A stretch of DNA of 64,000 nt from Nannocystales bacterium (GCA_050633305.1 JBOEGF010000042.1:32001-96000); one strand, 5' to 3'; numbered from the stretch's first letter, positions 20,407 to 30,532 are shown. Program-made: numbers and translations. The notes: generated from the letters alone by a model not told the origin.

Positions 20407-21267
20407 TCAGGCGGTCTGGGACTCGAACAGGTCTGCCGCCCAGTCCATCACCGCCCGGACCTTCGGGACCCGGGCTTTGGTGGCGTGAACCACCATCCAC
20501 AGCGCGCGCGAAGGTACCGCCCCGACGTCCGCCGCCCCCACCGCCGCGGGGTCCACCTCCACGACCCCGGGAAGCCGGGTGGCGAACCCCTTCGGCAGGA
20601 CAGCCACGCCCAACCCATCACGAACGGCGAACCCCAACGACTCGAGGTCCTCGACCAGGAGCTTGGCAGGTCGGTCCCCCCACGCCCGTTGGGCGAACTG
20701 CTGCTCGGCGATCTCGGCCAGCGATCCGGAAAGTCCGAGCCACGGCATCTGTGGGTGAGCCTCGAGGTCACGGTGCGCGAACAGAGCGTAGTGCTCGCTG
20801 TGAACCTTCCGGGCGACCAACTCACCTCGCTGGGGCCGCACGAAGCGAAGTGCAATGTCGGCATCCCCCGCGGCGAGTGAGCTGAGCTGATTGCTGGCCA
20901 AGACTCGCAGACTCAGCTTGGGGTGCATCGAGTACAGCTCCGGGAGAGCGGGGATGAGCACCCAACGCACCAGCTCTCCGACCGTGGTGATCGACACGAC
21001 GCCCTCCAACTCGGGGCGATCATCTAGCGCCGCTTCGGCAGCCAACGCCGCTTCGATCATCGGCCCGACCGCCGAGAGCAGCTCCTGGCCACGGAGCGTC
21101 AGCGCCACCGGCGTGTCCCGCAGAAGCAGTGGCGAACCTGCACGCGCCTCGAGCTGCTTGAGCTGGCGGCTGACCGTGGACTGGCTGACACCCAACGCCT
21201 TGGCGGCCGCTGTCAGACTCCCCAACCGTGCGACCGACTCGAACGTGCGCAGGTGATCCCAGTCCAT
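20407..21267 (-). CDS. LysR family transcriptional regulator
   Basis: MDWDHLRTFESVARLGSLTAAAKALGVSQSTVSRQLKQLE HTH. Start may be 21330. Confidence 0.92.
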   Translation of the reverse strand: MDWDHLRTFESVARLGSLTAAAKALGVSQSTVSRQLKQLEARAGSPLLLRDTPVALTLRGQELLSAVGPMIEAALAAEAALDDRPELEGVVSITTVGELVRWVLIPALPELYSMHPKLSLRVLASNQLSSLAAGDADIALRFVRPQRGELVARKVHSEHYALFAHRDLEAHPQMPWLGLSGSLAEIAEQQFAQRAWGDRPAKLLVEDLESLGFAVRDGLGVAVLPKGFATRLPGVVEVDPAAVGAADVGAVPSRALWMVVHATKARVPKVRAVMDWAADLFESQTA

Positions 21268-21375
21268 GGCCTCCAGTCTCGCTCGTCTCAGACTCCGGGC
21301 GCCATCCGAATCCGGATGACTGTCGTGCATCCGTGCTTGTTGGCAGGTGTGGGCGCGGGATCCAGGCTCTCGGGC

Positions 21376-22215
21376 ATGGAGATCCAGCAACTTCGCAGCG
21401 CAACCATGCTCGTGTCCTTCGGAACGCACCGGTTGTTGGTCGACCCGATGCTCGCCGAAGCCGGTGCCATGCCTGCGTTCCGGATGTTTGGGGGCGAACG
21501 CAAGCGCAACCCCCTCGTCCCGACGCCGCCGCAGACCCCTGCCGCGTTGGAGCGCGCAACGGGCGTGCTCATCACCCACGAACACCCCGACCACTTCGAC
21601 ACCGCGGGTCGGGCATGGACCAAGGCCGCGGGGCTTCCGGTGTGGGCCAACCGCATGGACGTCCCCCGCCTTCGACGCAAAGGGCTAGACGCGCGTTCGC
21701 TCGAGGACGGCGGGCTCGGCGTGACGTTGGAGGTCGTCCCTTCGCGACACGGGCGGGGTCTGTTGGGTTGGATTCTCGGACCCGTGGCGGGCTACTACCT
21801 CGCCGCGGACGGCGAACCGAGCCTGTACATCACCGGCGATTCCATCCTGACAGACTCGGTGCGTGAGGCGATCGAGCGGCTCCAGCCCGACATCGTCGTT
21901 GCGCCCGCAGGTTCCGCCAACATGGGCATCGGTGGAGACATCCTGTTCTCCGTCGACGAGCTTGTCGAACTCACCCGGCTCGCCCCCGCAGACGTCGTCT
22001 TCAACCACCTCGAAGCGCTCGACCACTGCCCCACGACCCGAGCCGGACTTCGAGAGCGCATGCAGGCCGAGGGTCTGTCACAGCGCGTTCACATCCCCGA
22101 AGACGGCGAAGTTCTGAGTTTCCAGCAACACTCCGCGCATCGACCCCAGACGAGGCAGATCAACCTGACGCCCGGTTTTCAGAAGTGGATGACCTCGCCG
22201 TTGGCGGGGGGGTGA
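21376..22215 (+). CDS. MBL-fold metallo-hydrolase
   Basis: LLVDPML, THEHPDHFD, YITGDS, NHLEALDHC; divergent from the LysR gene. Confidence 0.9.
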   Translation: MEIQQLRSATMLVSFGTHRLLVDPMLAEAGAMPAFRMFGGERKRNPLVPTPPQTPAALERATGVLITHEHPDHFDTAGRAWTKAAGLPVWANRMDVPRLRRKGLDARSLEDGGLGVTLEVVPSRHGRGLLGWILGPVAGYYLAADGEPSLYITGDSILTDSVREAIERLQPDIVVAPAGSANMGIGGDILFSVDELVELTRLAPADVVFNHLEALDHCPTTRAGLRERMQAEGLSQRVHIPEDGEVLSFQQHSAHRPQTRQINLTPGFQKWMTSPLAGG

Positions 22216-22271
22216 TCGCCGCCACGCCCAAAAGGTTGCAACCGCCGCCGGCGATTTCCGTCTCCCCTTCG

Positions 22272-22814
22272 ATGAAGCGCTGGCTGGACGTTCTGGACCG
22301 CGGCATGGACAAGGTCACCTCGGAGGCGCTGCGCGTCACCGACCAAGCACGCAAGGTCGCGGGGATCGGCGTCGGCACGATCGCCATCCGGCCACGGGGC
22401 TCGCATACAGACATGGGTGGTCAGCTCGACGGCGTCGTTGAGCTCCAGCTTGCGGAGTCCACCGAGTTGGACGGCGTCAGTCTCACCCTCGTCGCCCAGC
22501 AAAAGCGCATGGGCTTGTCGCAAGGCCCCAACGGCAAACGAAGCCCGGTCCAGCGCACGGTCACGCTCTACAGCCAAGAACTCCCGCTCGCCGGCGCCGG
22601 AACCTATCGCGGCGAGTCATTCTCGTTCTCGATTCGCGTGCCGTCTCAACTCGAGGAGCGGCTCGATGCCGACGGGGCGCTGGGCGATGTCCTCAAGTTC
22701 GCCCAGGGTGTCCAAGCGATGACGCGCGGTCCCGTGCTGTGGTCGCTCAACGCCGTGGCGGCCGTCCCGTGGAAGCGCAACGTCCGGAGCACGGTCGACG
22801 TCTCGATCGACTGA
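22272..22814 (+). CDS. Arrestin/SpoOM-like beta-sandwich protein
   Basis: GIGVGTIAI...G.LDG.VEL...Y.F.I.VP...W.L.A..VPW pattern. Confidence 0.6.
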   Translation: MKRWLDVLDRGMDKVTSEALRVTDQARKVAGIGVGTIAIRPRGSHTDMGGQLDGVVELQLAESTELDGVSLTLVAQQKRMGLSQGPNGKRSPVQRTVTLYSQELPLAGAGTYRGESFSFSIRVPSQLEERLDADGALGDVLKFAQGVQAMTRGPVLWSLNAVAAVPWKRNVRSTVDVSID

Positions 22815-22892
22815 TCCGAGCGCCGTGCGGAGGGCTCGGCGGCCCAAAACGCGCCTTGAGCACGCACCGAGGCCGCGGCATGCGGGTAGGAG

Positions 22893-23999
22893 ATGGTTTC
22901 GCGCCTCCGCACGCTCAGCGCCTTGGGGTTGGGGCTCGCGTTGTTCTGTGGCTGTCCCGACGACATCGCCTCGCGCACCATCCTCACCACCGACGACGTT
23001 GAATCCTCCAGCGGTGATGCCCCCGGCTCATCGAACGGTGGGGACACCTCCTCCAGCGGCCCTTCGAGCATCACCGAAGCGTCGAGCAGCGAAGGGGGGA
23101 CCCCGAACGGATCGTCGTTTTGCGGCGACGGTGTTCGCGGACCCACCGAGGACTGCGATTCGGCGGGCGAGTCCGTCTCCTGTGACCCCGACTGCACGTT
23201 CCCCGTCTGCGGCGATGGGTACACCAACGCATCCGCCGGCGAGCCGTGCGACGACGCGGGAGAATCCGCGCAGTGCAACGCCGATTGCACGCTCGCGCGG
23301 TGCGGTGACCGCAAGGTCAACCCAACCCGAGGCGAGACCTGTGACGACGGCGAGGCCACGGCACGATGCGACGCCGATTGCACGTCGGCGGAGTGCGGCG
23401 ATGGTGTGCTCAACGAAGAATCCGGCGAGTCTTGCGACGATGCGGGACCGTCCTCCGTCTGCGACGTCGATTGCACGACCGCGGAGTGCGGCGACTCGCT
23501 CGTCAATCCACTCGCCGGAGAGGGCTGCGACGACGGCGGGGAGTCACCGACCTGCAATGCCAGCTGCACGCCTTCCGCGTGTGGAGATGGGGTGGTCAAC
23601 GCCACCGCAGGCGAGCAGTGCGACGACGGGCTGCCACCCGCGGATGGAGACGGCTGCAGCGCAACGTGCGTCGCCGAGGAGCCCAACGTTTGTGACACCG
23701 GGGTCGACCCGTTCACGGGCGACGCCTGGGTGGTGTGCGAGGCCAACGAAACCTCAGCCTGGATCTCCTCGGGGCCTGACGGGGGCAACTTCCATGCGCA
23801 GACGATCTGCGAAGGGTTGGGATACGACAGCGTGGGCGCGATCGGAGGGAACTGCGGCTCGCCGTGTAGCTTCTGCGAGGCAGGCAGCTCGTGCGACGCG
23901 ACCGGACTTCGAGCGTTCAACGGCGGCGGAAACTGCGGATCCGACGACGACGGCCCGATCCTGTGCACCACGGTGATGTGGATCTGCTCGGGCAGCTGA
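22893..23999 (+). CDS. Lipoprotein with Myxococcus cysteine-rich repeats (DUF4215-like)
   Basis: LFCGC lipobox, S/T linker, six CGD(G)...E.CD(D) repeats. Confidence 0.88.
   Translation: MVSRLRTLSALGLGLALFCGCPDDIASRTILTTDDVESSSGDAPGSSNGGDTSSSGPSSITEASSSEGGTPNGSSFCGDGVRGPTEDCDSAGESVSCDPDCTFPVCGDGYTNASAGEPCDDAGESAQCNADCTLARCGDRKVNPTRGETCDDGEATARCDADCTSAECGDGVLNEESGESCDDAGPSSVCDVDCTTAECGDSLVNPLAGEGCDDGGESPTCNASCTPSACGDGVVNATAGEQCDDGLPPADGDGCSATCVAEEPNVCDTGVDPFTGDAWVVCEANETSAWISSGPDGGNFHAQTICEGLGYDSVGAIGGNCGSPCSFCEAGSSCDATGLRAFNGGGNCGSDDDGPILCTTVMWICSGS
23121..23672 (+). repeat. Six tandem coding cysteine-rich repeats (~90-bp period)
   Basis: CGDGVRG, CGDGYTN, CGDRKVN, CGDGVLN, CGDSLVN, CGDGVVN units. 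Confidence 0.85.
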
Positions 24000-24009
24000 G
24001 CTGCGGGAG

Positions 24010-24489
24010 TCAGCAGTATTCGCACCACTCGGTTCGTGTCGTCTCTCCGTACCACTCCGAGCAACAGGCTCCACCGCCCGGGCAGATGTAGCCCATCGCA
24101 AGCCCAGCGATCTTTCCAAGCCTCCGTTTGTCCGCGCCGCACCCCCCGCATTCCTTCACGACGAACACGTGCTCGTCCCAGAAAAGCGCTGGGCAGTCGT
24201 GGGCCGTACTGCGCTCGATCACGAACTGATCCTCCTCGGATGGCTCGTGGTCGCCGTATGTTCGAATCACCGGGAGCTCCTCCCAGCTCTCGAGTTCCTC
24301 GCTCCCTGTGCTCTCGGCATCTTCGACCGCGACACCGGCGGAGCCCTCTGTGTCCTCGACGCTGTCGGAGAACAGCGGTTCATCGCCCACGCCGACGGGT
24401 TCTGCTTCACAGCCTGGGGCCAGGATGGCGATGGCGGCCGCCACCCCGATGCGAACCTTGACGTGCCTTCGGAGTCGGAAAACCTTCAT
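24010..24489 (-). CDS. Lipoprotein with acidic linker and small Cys-rich C-terminal domain
   Basis: AILAPGC lipobox; C-terminal CGGCG...ICPGGGACC...WCEYC. Confidence 0.65.
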   Translation of the reverse strand: MKVFRLRRHVKVRIGVAAAIAILAPGCEAEPVGVGDEPLFSDSVEDTEGSAGVAVEDAESTGSEELESWEELPVIRTYGDHEPSEEDQFVIERSTAHDCPALFWDEHVFVVKECGGCGADKRRLGKIAGLAMGYICPGGGACCSEWYGETTRTEWCEYC

Positions 24490-24533
24490 TGGTGGCAGTG
24501 TCCGCCAAGTCAGAGGCAACAGGGAAGCAACCT

Positions 24534-24760
24534 TCATGTGAGCACCGGTTGTTCACAAGGGGACGGCCGGCCGGGCAAGGGACGGTCTTCGACGGACCGA
24601 CTTGCGAAGTATTCCGCGGTCTGATCGATGAACGCGCGCAGTCGGGGCGAGACATGACAAGCCGCAGGCCAGACCAAGGAGAGCCATGGGCCCGCGACGA
24701 CCCATCGCAGCCAGACTCGGCGTGCCCGCTCGGCACCTTCGTCGCACGAGCCGCTCCTCC
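24534..24760 (-). pseudogene. Remnant of a LysR substrate-binding C-terminus
   Basis: Minus-strand frame reads ...LSLVWPAACHVSPRLRAFIDQTAEYF, the typical LysR end; no HTH or upstream part present. Confidence 0.55.
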
Positions 24761-24803
24761 GAGCCCTCATGGAATAGTCTCGTGCTCCTGGTGTTCCCGC
24801 CGA

Positions 24804-25151
24804 GTGGCTCGGTCCATCTCTCGCACGTGGTTGCGAAACGAGCTTGTTACCGCAGCCCGGATCCGTGCGGCGCTCACCCTCCCGACCATGCCGATCACGT
24901 TGCTCGCAACCGCCGTCGCGGTCGCGCACGTGGGCGAGGCTGGAACCCACCTCGGCCACTACGGCCTTCTCGTGGTGTTCGCAGTCCCCGCGCTCGTCGG
25001 TGGGCTCCTGACGCGTCGCTACTGTCGGAGGGCGGTGCGATGCCCCCACTGCGACGCGAGCTTGTGGGGCTGCGGTACGGGCAGCTTCAAGGCCCGTCAC
25101 ATGCGCATCCGGGCGAACGCTTGCCCCTGCTGCGACGCACAGATTCGCTAG
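24804..25151 (+). CDS. Small membrane protein with C-terminal zinc ribbon
   Basis: Two TM segments then CPHC...CPCC. Start uncertain (GTG 24804). Confidence 0.6.
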   Translation: MARSISRTWLRNELVTAARIRAALTLPTMPITLLATAVAVAHVGEAGTHLGHYGLLVVFAVPALVGGLLTRRYCRRAVRCPHCDASLWGCGTGSFKARHMRIRANACPCCDAQIR

Positions 25152-25231
25152 CCTCGCAGGTCACTCATCGCTCACGGCGAACGACGCATCCAAGTTGGGG
25201 AACCCAGAGCGGCGATGAACTCTGCGGCGAA

Positions 25232-28153
25232 TCACGGACTCCCGACACCGGAGCGCCAAGCCTCGATCTGCTCGAGCAGCAGGGCTGCGTCCGCCGAAGG
25301 GTCGGTCGAGATCGCCACGTCCGCCTCGGCAGCCAACGCAAGTGCCGCAACGAGTTGCCCGGGTTCTTCGGCGCGTAGCTTTGCGAGTCCGAACAGAACC
25401 TCCGCCCCCACTACGGGTGTCGTATGCACGGTGAACAGCTCTCGCGCACGTTCGTAGTGTGACACGGCATCCTGAGTTCCCTCCGCGACCGCGAGATGCC
25501 CGAGAAGCAGCTCCACCTCGCACTGCACGTCCGGACCCAGCTCAGCCCGCCTCGCCACCGCGTTCGCCTTGTACAACATCGACCGCGCTTCGAGCCACCG
25601 ACGCTGCGTGGTGTAGCCCTGGCCAAGTCCGGCCAAGGCGGTGGCCAGCAGGTTCGGAGGCGCAGCGTCCATCGCCTCCAACGCCGCCACCACCTGCTCG
25701 CCAAGCACCACGGATCCCTCCACATCACCGCGGCGTTGTAGGTTGTTCGCGAGGTCGACGTCGGTCGAAAGAACGTTGGGATGGCCAGGCGGATGGAGCT
25801 CGGCCCAGAGCTCTCGGACCTGTTTCAAAATCTCGTACGCCTGGTCGTGGTCACCCAGCGCTCCGTGGGCTCGGGCAAGCACGGACAGCGCGTCCGCCCT
25901 GATCGTCGGCATGCTGCCCTCACGTTCGAACACCTTGCGGAGCGCGTTGAGGTGATCACGAGCGTCCCGGGCTCGACCGGCGGTGAACAACACCTGCCCC
26001 AGGCGAACATGGAGGCCCACCGCCGCCGGATGGCCTGGGCCCAGCCCACGATCCGCGGCAGCGATGTTGGTCTGCAGGAGATGCAGCGCTTCGCTCACGC
26101 GACCGGCGCTCTGAAGCGCCATGCTCATGTTGGCCACCGCCAAGAACCGATTCGGCACGGGTTCGTCGGGCTGGGCCGTGTCGTACAAGGTCAGCACCGT
26201 TTCGAATGCCTCGATCGCGGCAGTAAACTCTCCCGCGGAGAGAGCGAGAATGGCGGCCGTGCTGGCGGCGTGCTGTTCGAGGACAGGCGTCGCCTCGGCT
26301 CGTGCGATGACAGCACGTGCCCGGCGTTCGGTTTCCCTTGCCTGAGCAATGTCGCCGACGGAGATCGCGTAGTGCGTAGAAAGCATGAGGAGTGCCTTCG
26401 CGATGCTTTCGTCATCGCCTCCTCGCTCTGTGGAGAGCACCGCTTCGCTCAAGTCACGAGTCCCCTCTTCGGCCGGCCGGGTATGTGCAGTGATGCTCGC
26501 GAGGACGGTTCTGATTTTTCCGACGAGGACCCGGTCCTCCGTCAACTCGACCTCCGCCAGTAGCGCGCGGAGCTCCTGGTCGGCTTCGGCGACCCGGCCA
26601 GCAGGCGCGATCAACTGCGCCCGGTCGAAGCGCTGTCGTAGTGTGTCGTGCCCGGCCGAGTCGGCGGAGTTCGGGTTCCGCGAGGGCTCAGGGTCCGCGC
26701 AGGTCCGGGCCCTCGGGAGTGCATAGACGACCTGGAGTGCGCGTGCGGGGCCAGCCTCCCTGATCATCACCAGCGCGTGCTCCAAGGAGAGAGCGCTTCT
26801 CCGGAGGCACTGCATTCGGCGATCGAAGATCAGGTCGGACTCACGGTGCGATTTCCAGCGAGCCTCGCAGGCGTCGCGAAGCTGGTCCTCCCACTCGCCG
26901 GCGTGTTGGTCCAGGTAGCGACGCAGCGTCTTCCACGTCGTCGTCGCATACCCATGTGGACTCTGGAGCAGGGCATCGCGTGTCGTCGCGATCGATGCGT
27001 CACCCCAGGTCTGCGCCAGGAGACCCGAGGTCACACACTCTTCCTGCGGAGACGTACGAGTGGTGTAGAATCCGGCGACAGCGACCAACCCCGCAGCCCC
27101 CAACGCCGCACCCAACACCCCCCACCGACGTCCGCGCGGTCGAAGATCCGTCAACAACGCGTTCATGCTCGGGTAGCGTTCACCCGGGCGCTCGGACAGA
27201 CCCCGGGTCACACACTGTGCAACGTGCCGCGGGAGGAGTCGTAGCCCCGGGGGCGGCTGCGCCCGATCCGCGTCGGGCGCAAAAGGTTGCTCCCCCAGCA
27301 ACGCCTCGTAGAGCGCTACACAGAACGAGTACTGGTCCGCCCTGGCGTCCACCCTTTCGCCACGGAGCTGCTCGGGGGCCATGTAGCTGGGCGTTCCGAC
27401 GCGGCTCGTTGCGCGCAGCACTTCCTTGCCAGGTGAGCCCGCGACTGTTGAACGCGGGACGGAGAGGGCGAGTCCAAAGTCGGCCACGAACACGCGGTCG
27501 CCTGCCCCGACCAGAAGGTTGGAAGGCTTGACATCGCGATGGACAAGGTCGCGAGCGTGAGCCGCTGCCAAGCCTTCGCCCGCCTGGATGAACACATCGA
27601 GAATCGCGTCCTGGCTACGGCGCGTCTGTGCGAGCCAACGGTCAACGGTGGCCCCTTCCACATACTGCGCGGCGATGAACAGTTCACCTTCGTACTCGGC
27701 GATGTCGTGAACCGTGAGCACGTTGGGGTGGGTCAACTGAGCCAAGGCCCGGGCCTCGACCCGTAAGCGTTCCCGCTCCCGAGGTGTTCCCGAGCCCAGC
27801 ATGAACTTGAGCGCAACCCGCCGATCCAACCGAGAATCGTACGCGCTGTACACAACACCCATTCCCCCCTCGCCAAGCCGCTCGAGGATCGTGTAGCGGC
27901 CGACTTGCTGCCCCGCGATCAGACGGAAGTTGTCCCCGTGCGAGTCCCCCGGATCGCTCGTGTCCTTCGAAGACACTTCGTCCAGCGCGAGTTCTGCCAT
28001 GACCCGAGCACAATCGGGACAGCGGTCGAGGTGGAGTTCGAGCGCTCGCGCGTCTTCGGGTGACACAGTCCCCTCGACAACCCGAACGAAGATGTCATCT
28101 TCGGGACAGTCTTCCGCCCATCGCGGAACATCTGAAGCGTCCGGCTGCATCAT
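25232..28153 (-). CDS. Ser/Thr protein kinase with N-terminal zinc-finger, TM helix and TPR repeats
   Basis: HLDRCPDC; LGEGGMGVVY, VALK, HRDVKPSN, DFG, GTPSYMAPE; TM GVLGAALGAAGLVAVAGFY; TPR repeats (LGPGHP, PPGHP). Confidence 0.93.
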   Translation of the reverse strand: MMQPDASDVPRWAEDCPEDDIFVRVVEGTVSPEDARALELHLDRCPDCARVMAELALDEVSSKDTSDPGDSHGDNFRLIAGQQVGRYTILERLGEGGMGVVYSAYDSRLDRRVALKFMLGSGTPRERERLRVEARALAQLTHPNVLTVHDIAEYEGELFIAAQYVEGATVDRWLAQTRRSQDAILDVFIQAGEGLAAAHARDLVHRDVKPSNLLVGAGDRVFVADFGLALSVPRSTVAGSPGKEVLRATSRVGTPSYMAPEQLRGERVDARADQYSFCVALYEALLGEQPFAPDADRAQPPPGLRLLPRHVAQCVTRGLSERPGERYPSMNALLTDLRPRGRRWGVLGAALGAAGLVAVAGFYTTRTSPQEECVTSGLLAQTWGDASIATTRDALLQSPHGYATTTWKTLRRYLDQHAGEWEDQLRDACEARWKSHRESDLIFDRRMQCLRRSALSLEHALVMIREAGPARALQVVYALPRARTCADPEPSRNPNSADSAGHDTLRQRFDRAQLIAPAGRVAEADQELRALLAEVELTEDRVLVGKIRTVLASITAHTRPAEEGTRDLSEAVLSTERGGDDESIAKALLMLSTHYAISVGDIAQARETERRARAVIARAEATPVLEQHAASTAAILALSAGEFTAAIEAFETVLTLYDTAQPDEPVPNRFLAVANMSMALQSAGRVSEALHLLQTNIAAADRGLGPGHPAAVGLHVRLGQVLFTAGRARDARDHLNALRKVFEREGSMPTIRADALSVLARAHGALGDHDQAYEILKQVRELWAELHPPGHPNVLSTDVDLANNLQRRGDVEGSVVLGEQVVAALEAMDAAPPNLLATALAGLGQGYTTQRRWLEARSMLYKANAVARRAELGPDVQCEVELLLGHLAVAEGTQDAVSHYERARELFTVHTTPVVGAEVLFGLAKLRAEEPGQLVAALALAAEADVAISTDPSADAALLLEQIEAWRSGVGSP

Positions 28154-28243
28154 GGATCGCTCCGACAACGGCGAGAAGAGTATAGTCGATGGTGTGATCG
28201 CTGGCTCCGCGTGTCGGGCCGAAGCTGTCGAAGGAGCGCAGGC

Positions 28244-29158
28244 ATGAACTCGGAGTCCACCCCCACGCAGAGGTTCGCCCGAGGTTTTGGCGATGCGAAT
28301 GCGTTCTCCATCGTGCGCGACTCCCTAGACGAGTTGGTCGGCCGGGCCCGACTTCGATGGCCGCAGTCCAGCTACGCTCTGGCCGACTTCGCTGGCGATC
28401 TCGGAGCCCTGTTGCGAGAGACGCCGCCGCACGAACTCGCGCCGAGACTCGCCGAACTTCAACTCGAAGAACTGTATCTGGCCCGTGCAAGCGCAGCCGG
28501 AGACGCTGGGGCAACCAGGCACCTGCGTCGCGAGTACGCCAGCGTCGTCGCCGCCGCGCTGCGGCATCAAGCGCCCGCCCACATCGCCTTGGACGACATC
28601 GAGCAGGTTGTCTGGATGCGCCTGCTGGTCGCCGACGGCGACCGTCGCCCCAAGCTCGAGCGGTATCGCGGTGAAGGCCGACTGGCGAGCTGGATTCGCG
28701 TGGTTGCCATCCGCACACGAGCCGACTTGTTGCGCTCTCGCAAACCCGTGGGTGAGGCAGTCGATCCCATGGAGCTGCAATGGGAGGAGCTGGGTGCAGC
28801 TTCTCAGACCCCCGAGCTCAGCTATCTCAAAGCGTCGTATCGGGGAAGATTCAAGTCGGCCTTCGCCGAGGCCGTGGCCGAACTCGACGCAGGCTCGCGC
28901 AACCTGTTGCGGCAGAAGCACATCTTCGGCCTGACCCTCGCCGAGATGGCAAACCTGCACGGTGTCCACGTCGCGACGATCAAGCGCCGCCTGGCGCAGT
29001 GTCGAACCCAGCTCATCGAAGGCACCGGTCGGCGAGTCTGCGGCGACGCCCCACAAGCCGAGGCGCTCGCGAGCGTGTTGCGGCTGGTTCGCAGCCAGGT
29101 CGAGGTCAGCCTCGCCCGATACCTGGACGATGCCCAGACCCACCCTTCTGCCGACTGA
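28244..29158 (+). CDS. Myxococcales-type sigma-70/ECF-like factor with N-terminal extension
   Basis: AAGGAG RBS; ELYLARAS..GD, region 2 Y.GEG.LASWIRVVAIR, PEL.YLK..YR..F..AF, region 4 HTH LHGVHVATIKRRL. Confidence 0.88.
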   Translation: MNSESTPTQRFARGFGDANAFSIVRDSLDELVGRARLRWPQSSYALADFAGDLGALLRETPPHELAPRLAELQLEELYLARASAAGDAGATRHLRREYASVVAAALRHQAPAHIALDDIEQVVWMRLLVADGDRRPKLERYRGEGRLASWIRVVAIRTRADLLRSRKPVGEAVDPMELQWEELGAASQTPELSYLKASYRGRFKSAFAEAVAELDAGSRNLLRQKHIFGLTLAEMANLHGVHVATIKRRLAQCRTQLIEGTGRRVCGDAPQAEALASVLRLVRSQVEVSLARYLDDAQTHPSAD

Positions 29159-29200
29159 ACGTCCCATGCTGTCCCAGCGCAAGGCTCGTGGAACAGGACC

Positions 29201-30532
29201 CTAGAACCAGCTTGGGTTGTAGAACCCTGTCATATCCCAGCGGATCCACGTGTTGGTCGCGTAGTTTCCGGTGCCGAACGCCAGCTCGATCAGGCCATCG
29301 TCGACCGTCCCATTGAAGAAGTGAATCTGGTCGGGACTGCTGTAGAAGTACGTGTCGAAGTCTCCCGCCTCGTCGACAGGGACATTCTCGAACCACTGCA
29401 AGGTGGGCTGCCCCAGCCTCCAGGTGATCGCGCGCTGGTCCCGAAACGTCTTGAGAATCACCCACTCATCGAAGTCGCTGGTCTCTCCCGAGTGTTCGAC
29501 CGTCCCCGCCAGCTGGACGTTTCGCGAAGTGACGCTGCAGGGGGCCGATGTCTCGCTCGAGCGGTCGAAGGAACTGTACGCGCTCTGGACGATCGTGTTG
29601 CGCTGCTGAGTACGGTGTGTTCCCGAGCAAGAGTAGTAGGTCGTCCGCCGATGGAACTCGAGTTCCACACTGTCCCGGGCAACGACCACCGACCCCGACA
29701 CCGTTTGCGATGCGCCGCAGTTGTCAGAGGTTACGACGCTGAACGTGCCGTCGTCCGCGACAGGAAAGGCATCGCCGGACTCCATGATGAACAGCCGGCC
29801 CGCGGCAGAACGAAGACGAGTCGTACGTCCCTGGTCGTAGCCAAACCCGCACCCCCACAACTCGTAGTCACCGGCGTCCAGTTGGGGGTCGACGTATCCA
29901 TGGTCCTGCGCGTACGCCACGAGCTTCGCCAACGCCACGGCTCCGACGTGACCGATACCATCGAGCTCGGCGATGGTTTCGATCGGGTCGTCGTCGGCAG
30001 GGGAGTCTGGGTCGGGCCCTTCGCGGTGCTCGACGATGTTGGTCGCGGCTCGCCGGTCCAAGGCAACGTCGTCGTCCAGCGTCTCGAAATCGGCGGTGTT
30101 GACGAGGTCGAGCACGGCGAGGGCCAAGTCACTCCCCTCCGACAAATCATCGGCATCGGGTTCTGGGTCGGGGACATAGCCGTTGGCCTCCGCATAGGCC
30201 AACAACCGCTGGAGTGCCACCGGGCCCACGTAGGGGATCGCGTCGAGCTCGGCGAGATCATCGAACGGATCGGGGGTCTCGCGGTGGTCCACGATGTTCG
30301 ACGCGGCCCGCACGTCCAACCCCACGTCATCATCCAACACCGCGTGCGAGGCTTCGTTCACCAGGGCCAAGACGCCGAGCGCCTCCGGGGTCCCCTCGGC
30401 GATCAGCGCCCCGTCGGCCTTCGGTCCGGCCAGGAACGAGTCATCCGCCCCGTCGGATTCGTGATCTGGGGCACCGGCGTCACAGGCGGCGAGGGCGACA
30501 ACGAGGGTCAAGAGCAGCGTTGGCTTGAACAT
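29201..30532 (-). CDS. Lipoprotein with two helix-hairpin-helix (ComEA-like) domains and unknown C-terminal domain
   Basis: LAAC lipobox; duplicated VL.LVN.A....LDDDV.LD.RAA.NIV.HR...ELD.I..VG.VAL..L.AYA unit. Confidence 0.8.
   Translation of the reverse strand: MFKPTLLLTLVVALAACDAGAPDHESDGADDSFLAGPKADGALIAEGTPEALGVLALVNEASHAVLDDDVGLDVRAASNIVDHRETPDPFDDLAELDAIPYVGPVALQRLLAYAEANGYVPDPEPDADDLSEGSDLALAVLDLVNTADFETLDDDVALDRRAATNIVEHREGPDPDSPADDDPIETIAELDGIGHVGAVALAKLVAYAQDHGYVDPQLDAGDYELWGCGFGYDQGRTTRLRSAAGRLFIMESGDAFPVADDGTFSVVTSDNCGASQTVSGSVVVARDSVELEFHRRTTYYSCSGTHRTQQRNTIVQSAYSSFDRSSETSAPCSVTSRNVQLAGTVEHSGETSDFDEWVILKTFRDQRAITWRLGQPTLQWFENVPVDEAGDFDTYFYSSPDQIHFFNGTVDDGLIELAFGTGNYATNTWIRWDMTGFYNPSWF

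Noticed and set aside
23121..23672. Periodic DNA repeats as a non-coding array
   Set aside because: They are in-frame cysteine-rich protein repeats of a known myxobacterial type.
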